The notes under the pieces were generated by a model. That model did no database searches and had not been told where the DNA came from. It saw only the letters and a list, made by a program, of their open reading frames with translations. From Desulfobacterales bacterium (GTDB lineage: Bacteria; Desulfobacterota; Desulfobacteria; Desulfobacterales; UBA5852), in the NCBI GenBank assembly GCA_963674755.2, contig CAXXVS010000003.1, positions 192,001-256,000 of the forward strand: a stretch of DNA of 64,000 nucleotides, written 5' to 3'. The stretch's first letter is position 1, and each line of letters opens with the position of its first letter. Shown here in pieces: positions 57,501-64,000 of this stretch. The translations under genes were made by a program, and so were the position numbers.

Positions 57501-58001
57501 CTACCAGCCGTAGATGCGCACCACAGCGCGTTGCAGCAATAGGCGCAGGGTGGCCGCGTCGGTGTCGCTGAGGGGACAGCGGGCCTTTTTAGCGCCCCTG
57601 CTCAGGGACATAAAATAGCCGAAGCGCTCACCCCGTTGCAGCTGCAGACAACTCTTCGGCAGGGTGCCGTCGCTGCCGCCGCCCCGGACCTTGTTCGGAT
57701 CGTGAACAATTTGGCAGGTCCGGCCCTCCAAGCCCGCCAGAATATGCTGGATATCCGTGTCGGAAAGCTTCATCACGACCTTGCCGGCCCAGTCGTAGAC
57801 GAGGTTGCCGTGTCGGTCGGCTTGGTCGACGGCATTGGCCATCTCGACCATTAGGTGGCCCTTTTTCAGGACATGGACGTCGCCGTCGCGGGCGGCAAAG
57901 ATCTCGCCGTCAAAATGGGCCGGCTTCAGGGTAAACTGCACCGCTCCGGTGCGATTGTGGATCTTGAATGACGGGCACTGCATCTGGGGTTGATCACTCA
58001 T
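57501..58001 (-). CDS. Whirly-like single-stranded nucleic-acid-binding protein
   Basis: AGGAG RBS; ordered motifs FKIHNRTGAV, KKGHLMVEMA, YDWAGK...LS.TDI, CQIVHDPNK, GYFMSLS, PLS..DAA.L and terminal GW match the plant Whirly domain as I recall it. Confidence 0.75.
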   Translation of the reverse strand: MSDQPQMQCPSFKIHNRTGAVQFTLKPAHFDGEIFAARDGDVHVLKKGHLMVEMANAVDQADRHGNLVYDWAGKVVMKLSDTDIQHILAGLEGRTCQIVHDPNKVRGGGSDGTLPKSCLQLQRGERFGYFMSLSRGAKKARCPLSDTDAATLRLLLQRAVVRIYGW

Positions 58002-58044
58002 GGGTCGCTTCTCCTGGTTGGGATTTTAATAGCGACCGAATATT

Positions 58045-58060
58045 AGCAATTTTCGTACCC
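58045..58060 (-). promoter_or_regulatory. Putative sigma54 promoter of the Whirly-like gene
   Basis: Minus strand GGGTACGAAAATTGCT (GG-N10-GC), 44 bp upstream of the ATG. Confidence 0.45.
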
Positions 58061-58259
58061 GCATACCGCTTGCCCGGTCCCCCACATTCGTGGCCGCCGG
58101 ATGGCCATCGGCCACGCCTTGCGGCTACGGGCTTTTTCCCACGCGCCGGCGATGGTCTTTATGGTATCCTTATACGTGGTTTGGTATGGGTACCCCCATG
58201 CATTGCCCGGTTTTCAGTGCAGCACCGCCCATTTTTAAGCGCGTCCTTGCAGGGGAGAA

Positions 58260-58922
58260 ATGAAAAGCGCTATCGGAATTTTGCTTTGGTCCGCCATCGC
58301 TCTGGCGGCGCTGTTGGGTATCGCCGGAACCGCGGCGTGGTGGAATGTTTGGGTGTTCCTTGCGTTCATGGGCGTGACCGGTGCCGCAACGCATCGTCTC
58401 ATTCAAAACGCCCCGGGCCTGGCCGAAGAGCGCCGCACCGCGGCGGCCCGAGCGCCACATTGGGATGTAAACGTGGTTCGCATGGTTAACCTGGCATTGC
58501 CAGTCATGCTGGTTGTCGCGGCGCTCGACATGCGGTTTCGATGGTTTCCTCCGGTGTCGGCGGCTGTTTCGATGGCGGCGTTGGCCGCCATGATCCCGGC
58601 GGCCATGCTCACCTACCGCGCCATGGCCGCCAACCTCTTTTTCTCCAGCCACGTACGCATCCAACAGGACCGTGGGCATGCTGTGGTGTCAACCGGACCG
58701 TATCGCCTGATTCGCCATCCCGGATACGCTGGAGCGGCGCTTTTCAATCTGTTGGCGCCTTTGGCCCTAGGCGCTTGGGCGGCATGGGTGCCGGGAATCG
58801 GCACAGCGTTGCTTCTCATATTTCGCACCGCCAGGGAAGACCGCTTCCTCATGGCGGAGCTTCCAGGATACAGCGCGTATGCGGCCAAGGTGCCGCACCG
58901 GCTGGCCCCTGGTATATGGTAG
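58260..58922 (+). CDS. Isoprenylcysteine carboxylmethyltransferase/PEMT-family membrane protein
   Basis: N.FFS..VRIQ.DRGH.VV.TGPY..IRHPGY, ED..L..ELPGY..Y, RL.PGIW. Confidence 0.88.
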   Translation: MKSAIGILLWSAIALAALLGIAGTAAWWNVWVFLAFMGVTGAATHRLIQNAPGLAEERRTAAARAPHWDVNVVRMVNLALPVMLVVAALDMRFRWFPPVSAAVSMAALAAMIPAAMLTYRAMAANLFFSSHVRIQQDRGHAVVSTGPYRLIRHPGYAGAALFNLLAPLALGAWAAWVPGIGTALLLIFRTAREDRFLMAELPGYSAYAAKVPHRLAPGIW

Positions 58923-58937
58923 AAGAGGGGGATATTG

Positions 58938-59223
58938 TTGACCGAAAGCATACGCGTTCAAGCTGATACTTTCAATCAAGGGAAACCATCGCAGGCGCGG
59001 TTTGCAAGGCCGTGACAACTTCGCCCCAACGTGCGGCTTGCGTCTTGGTGGGCTCACTTCGCGGATCAATCGGCGCCTGGCCGCCTTGGAGGCTTGCAGG
59101 GGCCACCTCGAAGCCATGGGCCCTGAATTCCAAATAGGGTGCCGCCGCTTCTTCCAACCACAATCCTGCAGGGTGACTGTCATCGATATGGTAGTGACTG
59201 GTGACCACCATTAATATCGTTTT
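58938..59223 (-). pseudogene. DJ-1/PfpI (type 1 glutamine amidotransferase-like) gene remnant
   Basis: KTILMVVTSH...GLWLEEAAAPY..F...G.EV..AS..GG..PIDPRS; start lost, frameshifted near 58975 and truncated before the catalytic Cys. Confidence 0.7.
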
Positions 59224-59226
59224 TGT

Positions 59227-60348
59227 CTATCGGCCGGGGAATAACTTTAAAAGACGACCATCGGAACCGTCTTCCAGTACGTACAAGGCCCCTTCCGGTC
59301 CCTGCTCCACCTCGCGGATGCGCTCTCCCCATTCAAAGCGTTCGGCTTCTTGGGCCGTGTCCCCCTTCAAGTCGACACGAATTAGAGCTCTCGATACAAG
59401 CCCGCCGATCAGCGCATCGCCTTTCCAATCGGCAAACAGCTCGCCGTCATAAATAACGAGGCCGGACGGGGCTATGGAGGGCACCCAATACGCTTTGGGG
59501 GCTTCGAATTCAGGGCGGGTGTCATGGTCGGGGATGGGCTTGCCCGAGTAGTGGTCGCCGTTCGATACGATGGGCCAGCCGTAATTCCTGCCGGCCATGA
59601 TCAGGTTCAACTCGTCGCCGTGGCGCGGCCCCATCTCGTGGACCCACAACCGTCCATCGGCATCGAAAGCGATGCCCAACATGTTGCGGTGTCCCATGGT
59701 CCAGAATTGTTTGGCGATCTCACCTTGATTTTGCCACGGATTGTCCTCGGGCAGGGTGCCGTCGTCGTTCAGGCGAATCACCTTGCCCAGATTACCGTCA
59801 AAGACCTGGGCCGGTTCGAATTTCTGGCGCTCGCCGGAGGTGATGAACAGCTTGCCGTCTGGGCCGAAAGCGATGCGATGGCTGTAATGCCCTTTGCCGG
59901 TGACTTTGGGCTCCTGAACCCACAGTCTTTCCACACCTTCCAGCTTGAGCGGGTTGTTCTTAAGATCGAGCCTGGCGCGAACCACCACCGCACCCCGTGC
60001 AGCGTCATCCATCCCGTATTCGGCATAGGACAAATAGACCCAGGCATTGTGTTCAAAATCCGGATGCAGCACCACATCGCCCAAACCGCCCTGACCGCCA
60101 TAGGCAACCTCCCACAGGCCCTGCACTTCGCTTTTCGATCCGTCCTGGGCCACATGCCACAACACGCCTTTCTTCTCGGTAACCAAAAGGGTGCCGTCAG
60201 GCAGGAAGGTCATGGCCCAGGGCTCGTCGAAGGTCGCGATCCGCGCGGCCGCCAGTTCGGTGCCCCGGGTACCCTCGATGGGGAAAGCGCCGCATGCCAC
60301 CGGGGCCGCAAGTGTCATGATAGCTAAAAAGAGGATAAATATGCGCAT
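59227..60348 (-). CDS. PQQ-dependent sugar dehydrogenase (YliI/Asd family)
   Basis: Signal peptide; [30 protein letters not shown]...G.NYGWP, PSG, RIR.V. Confidence 0.92.
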   Translation of the reverse strand: MRIFILFLAIMTLAAPVACGAFPIEGTRGTELAAARIATFDEPWAMTFLPDGTLLVTEKKGVLWHVAQDGSKSEVQGLWEVAYGGQGGLGDVVLHPDFEHNAWVYLSYAEYGMDDAARGAVVVRARLDLKNNPLKLEGVERLWVQEPKVTGKGHYSHRIAFGPDGKLFITSGERQKFEPAQVFDGNLGKVIRLNDDGTLPEDNPWQNQGEIAKQFWTMGHRNMLGIAFDADGRLWVHEMGPRHGDELNLIMAGRNYGWPIVSNGDHYSGKPIPDHDTRPEFEAPKAYWVPSIAPSGLVIYDGELFADWKGDALIGGLVSRALIRVDLKGDTAQEAERFEWGERIREVEQGPEGALYVLEDGSDGRLLKLFPGR

Positions 60349-60601
60349 AGGAATGAATCCTTTTCCGCTTTGGATAAATTAACGCCCTCTGGACCGTGAC
60401 GTTAAAAAAAGTTAGCAGGGGCGTCGCTCCCGTGCCGACGGAAGTCCGGAATGATATGCGATGACGGAATCTCCGCACGAGGATGACGATCCCTGCGGCC
60501 AGCGACTTTTTACCGCTTTGGAAATGAGGTATCAGCGACAAGCTAGGCGGCCCAATGCACGCTGTCAAACCGTCCACTTATTATAACCAAGCGGATCTCG
60601 A

Positions 60602-61240
60602 TCAGCTCTCGAGTTCGACAGCCTCCACCAGGACACGGGCCGTGCCCTTCTCGTAAAAGCCGAGCTTCCTGGCCGCGCCGGCGCTCAAATCGATGATCCG
60701 ACCCTCGACGAAGGGGCCGCGATCGTTGACCCGCACGATGATTTCCCGATGGTTCTCAAGATTGACGACGCGTACGAAGGTGGGCAGGGGCAGATGTTTG
60801 TGGGCCGCGCTCAGGCCGCGGGGGTCGAAGGCTTCGCCGTTGGCGGTCATGTGACCGCCTTCTTGATGGTAGGTTTCGTAGCCGTACCAGGAGGCGATGC
60901 CGGTCTCGCGATAGGTTTGGGCCTCCTCGACGCTCATGGGCACGTAGCGCTTGCCGTTGACCACGTAAGGCGAGGTTTTGACCCGTCCCAGGCGAATGGC
61001 TTCTTTGGGCGGCAATCCGTCGATGGTTTCGAGGTCGTCGTTCGTCAGGGGCCAGCTCAGGGGGGCCATGACTACGGTAAAGGTGAATTTGCCCACGTAG
61101 TAGACGGTCTTGCCGGCGAATTTGGTGACCTGATAGCCCAGCTTCAGAGTGCCGACTGTAACATCGTACGTGGTTTCGATGATGCTGCAGGCCAGCAGGC
61201 CCAGGCAGGCGGCGATCAGGATAAGTCGGGGCAGCGACAA
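60602..61240 (-). CDS. rlpA: Septal ring lytic transglycosylase RlpA family lipoprotein
   Basis: Lipobox LLAC; GIASWYG, TANGE, AAHK.LPL, VRVNDRGPF..GRIIDLS. Confidence 0.9.
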   Translation of the reverse strand: MSLPRLILIAACLGLLACSIIETTYDVTVGTLKLGYQVTKFAGKTVYYVGKFTFTVVMAPLSWPLTNDDLETIDGLPPKEAIRLGRVKTSPYVVNGKRYVPMSVEEAQTYRETGIASWYGYETYHQEGGHMTANGEAFDPRGLSAAHKHLPLPTFVRVVNLENHREIIVRVNDRGPFVEGRIIDLSAGAARKLGFYEKGTARVLVEAVELES

Positions 61241-61537
61241 GGTGGTGGTTCCCGGTTTTCGACGATCAACGGCATTGAAAGCTCTGCGCCGGTCAAGAAA
61301 GAGGACGGCGGTTTATATATCATAGTTTTTCCGTCGGCGCATGACCGGCTGCAACGGCCGTGATAGGTGCAGCGCTTCGGGTACCCTTCCTCAAAGCGGC
61401 AATGCCCTTCTATCGAAGAGATACTCTTATCTCCCGATGGCCAAAGGACATCCTTTCGCACCCGCGTCCCCTTGACCTACCGGGATTTCAGTCCAAGGTT
61501 CTTATCCCATAGGACAATTCGAGATGCAGGGGGAGTT

Positions 61538-63019
61538 ATGACGCCCGACAATATACCAAGCCGCCCGGAGGCGGGCTGGAACTTCGATAACAGCTATGCA
61601 CGCTTGCCGGAGGCCTTTTATGTCCGGCAGAATCCGGTACCGGTGCGCACGCCGGAACTCGTGGTATTCAATGTACCGCTGGCCCAGGCTTTGGGACTCG
61701 AACCCGAGGCCCTGCAAGGCGGGGAGGGCGCCGCCGTTTTGGCAGGCAACCGGATTCCCCCGGGGGCCGAACCGCTGGCCCAGGCTTATGCAGGCCATCA
61801 ATTCGGTTATTTCACCATGCTGGGCGACGGGCGGGCCATCCTGCTGGGCGAACAGGTCACACCCACGGCCGAGCGCTTCGACATCCAGTTCAAAGGGTCC
61901 GGCCGGACGCCGTTTTCGCGGCAGGGCGACGGGCGGGCGGCCCTCGGGCCCATGCTGCGGGAATACATCATCAGCGAAGCCCTGCACGCCCTGGGGGTCC
62001 CCACCACCCGCAGCCTGGCGGTGGTGACCACGGGGGAGCCGGTCTTCCGGGAAACCGTCCTCCAGGGGGCGATTCTCACCCGCACGGCCGCCAGCCACAT
62101 CCGTGTGGGCACGTTCGAGTTTGCGGCCACGCGGGGCAAGCCCGACGAACTCCGGGCCCTGGCCGACTACACCATCCGCCGCCACTTTCCCGACCTGGCC
62201 ACGGCCGAAAATCCCTATCTGGCCCTGCTGGAAGCCGTCATGGAGCGGCAGGCTTCCCTGGTGGCCCGCTGGCTGCTGGTGGGCTTCATCCACGGCGTCA
62301 TGAACACGGACAACATGGCCCTGGGCGGAGAGACCATCGACTACGGCCCCTGCGCCTTCATGGACACCTACGATCCGCAAACCGTCTTCAGTTCCATCGA
62401 CCACCAGGGCCGCTACGCCTACGGCCGACAGCCGCAAATCGCCCAATGGAATCTGGCCCGGTTGGCCGAGACCCTCCTGCCGCTCATGCACGCGGATCAC
62501 CAAGAGGCCCTATCCATGGCCAGCGCGGCCGTCTCCGGATTTCCCGATCTTTTCCGCCGGCACTGGCTGGCGGGCATGCGGGCCAAGCTGGGTCTGTCGA
62601 ACCAGGAAACCGAGGACGGCACCTTGGTGGAAGACCTGCTCGACGGCATGCACCGCCGCGGCGCGGATTTTACCAACACCTTCCGCGCGCTGGCTTCCGG
62701 CGCCCGGCCGGAGACCTCCCTTTTCCAGACCCCGGAATTGAAGCCCTGGTTCACGCGCTGGCAGGCCCGGCTGAAACGGCAGCCCGCTGCGTGGGAGGAC
62801 TCCCGCCGTCTCATGAACAGCCACAACCCGGCCGTCATTCCCCGCAACCACAAGGTGGAAGAAGCGCTGGCGGCGGCCGTGGAACGGTCCGACTACACTG
62901 TCATGGAAAAGCTGCTGGAGGTTCTGTCCCATCCCTATCAGGAGCCGCCGGAAGAGGGCGGCTATCACCTGCCCGCACCCCCTTCGGCGCAGCCCTACCG
63001 CACCTTCTGCGGGACCTGA
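61538..63019 (+). CDS. selO: Protein adenylyltransferase SelO (YdiU)
   Basis: YAGHQFG...[39 protein letters not shown]-terminus. Confidence 0.95.
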   Translation: MTPDNIPSRPEAGWNFDNSYARLPEAFYVRQNPVPVRTPELVVFNVPLAQALGLEPEALQGGEGAAVLAGNRIPPGAEPLAQAYAGHQFGYFTMLGDGRAILLGEQVTPTAERFDIQFKGSGRTPFSRQGDGRAALGPMLREYIISEALHALGVPTTRSLAVVTTGEPVFRETVLQGAILTRTAASHIRVGTFEFAATRGKPDELRALADYTIRRHFPDLATAENPYLALLEAVMERQASLVARWLLVGFIHGVMNTDNMALGGETIDYGPCAFMDTYDPQTVFSSIDHQGRYAYGRQPQIAQWNLARLAETLLPLMHADHQEALSMASAAVSGFPDLFRRHWLAGMRAKLGLSNQETEDGTLVEDLLDGMHRRGADFTNTFRALASGARPETSLFQTPELKPWFTRWQARLKRQPAAWEDSRRLMNSHNPAVIPRNHKVEEALAAAVERSDYTVMEKLLEVLSHPYQEPPEEGGYHLPAPPSAQPYRTFCGT

Positions 63020-63201
63020 ACCGCTGTCGTGACATTGTCGATGCTGTAGGCCAAACACGGATAGCAAGAAGCGCGAATGGCCTACAAAAAAATCGGAAGA
63101 AACCGGATGGCGGTTCTGCGGCAATGACCCTAGTGTTTCGGGTATACTTCGAATCGTTGCCGGAAGGCCGAGACCATCGGGCGCAGAAAGGGGAATTAGG
63201 G

Positions 63202-64000
63202 ATGTCTGAAACAGCCGTTCAACCAAGACCAGGCAAGCGGGCGCCAGACCGCCTGTCCAAAACCACGAACCAAGGAGACGCGTCGAATCGCGACGGCCGT
63301 CTTCATAGCCGCAAAACACTATCCGGCTTCCTGTGGCCCAGGAGCGGACCAGGGATTCTCTGGATCACGGTCGTCCTGGTGCTCCTGTTAACGGCCGGCT
63401 TGGGAGCGCCGGCTTTCGGTGGGCGTACCGGCCCCGGCAATGACGTCCTGCGCACCACCCTGCCCAACGGATTGCGGGTGGTGATCGTGCACAACCCCAT
63501 CGCACCGGTCGTCACGACGGTGATGAACTACCTGGTGGGTTCCAACGAAGCGCCCCCTGGGTTTCCCGGCACCGCCCATGCCCAGGAACACATGATGTTC
63601 CGCGGAAGCCCCGGACTTTCCGCCGACCAGCTGGCCGACATCGCGGCCGCCATGGGCGGGATGTTCGATGCCGACACCCAGCAGGCGGTCACCCAGTATT
63701 TCTTTACCGTTCCGGCCGAAGACCTGGATGTCGCCCTCCATATCGAAGCCATCCGGATGCACGGCGTCCTTGACAGTGAAGCACTGTGGCAGCAGGAGCG
63801 CGGCGCCATCGAGCAGGAAGTGGCCCGGGATCTTTCCAGCCCGACCTACGTGTTCTACACAAGGCTGTTGGCGGCCATGTTCAAGGGGACATCTTACGCG
63901 CACGATGCCCTGGGCACCCGGGCCTCCTTCGACAAAACCACCGGTGCCATGCTGCAACGGTTCCACGAGCAGTGGTATGTGCCCAACAACGCCATTCTCG
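63202..64000 (+). CDS. M16 (pitrilysin) zinc peptidase, 3' end outside window
   Basis: Signal-peptide-like segment; TTLPNGLRV, VGS.E..G.PG.AHAQEHMMFRG (HxxEH), ERGAIEQE. Start codon uncertain; no stop in the window. Confidence 0.88.
   Translation, partial: MSETAVQPRPGKRAPDRLSKTTNQGDASNRDGRLHSRKTLSGFLWPRSGPGILWITVVLVLLLTAGLGAPAFGGRTGPGNDVLRTTLPNGLRVVIVHNPIAPVVTTVMNYLVGSNEAPPGFPGTAHAQEHMMFRGSPGLSADQLADIAAAMGGMFDADTQQAVTQYFFTVPAEDLDVALHIEAIRMHGVLDSEALWQQERGAIEQEVARDLSSPTYVFYTRLLAAMFKGTSYAHDALGTRASFDKTTGAMLQRFHEQWYVPNNAIL

Noticed and set aside
63017..63019. Selenocysteine at the selO TGA
   Set aside because: TFCGT is a normal bacterial SelO C-terminus, with Cys already at the redox position.
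1093..63966. Long antisense or alternate-frame ORFs (e.g. 1093-2241, 6525-8102, 8112-9908, 10349-12112, 14387-15766, 39557-41035, 63388-63966)
   Set aside because: They are shadows of well-supported genes in high-GC DNA and show no recognisable motifs.

Overview
GC-rich bacterial chromosomal window. The gene content (bzaF, a glycyl-radical enzyme, XRE-cupin/acyl-CoA ligase pair, PilZ and FIST signalling proteins, sigma54 promoters) suggests a deltaproteobacterial anaerobe, probably Desulfobacterota; this is inference. It holds about 50 CDS, mostly single genes or short operons: FMO, amidase, alkaline phosphatase with a Pho-box-like array, an RND pump, a glycyl-radical enzyme with its activase, a LysR divergon, and a patchwork of small accessory genes with several pseudogenes. 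Further right are a cobalamin riboswitch with a ThiC paralogue (bzaF), an AAA-ATPase/S8-protease (ietAS-like) pair, ptsP, LprI/ankyrin proteins, rhomboid, rlpA, selO and the start of an M16 peptidase. Non-coding features include a family of ~115-135 bp hairpin-forming repeats at three loci (one a tandem array) and several sigma54/sigma70 promoters. The most striking observation is a 166-aa ORF (57501-58001, minus) that matches the plant Whirly ssDNA-binding domain motif by motif over its whole length. Next are an orphan glycyl-radical enzyme with unusual substrate-pocket motifs and the riboswitch-controlled bzaF. I found no rRNA, tRNA, CRISPR array, integrase or transposase. All family calls are from motif recognition by eye, with no database searches.
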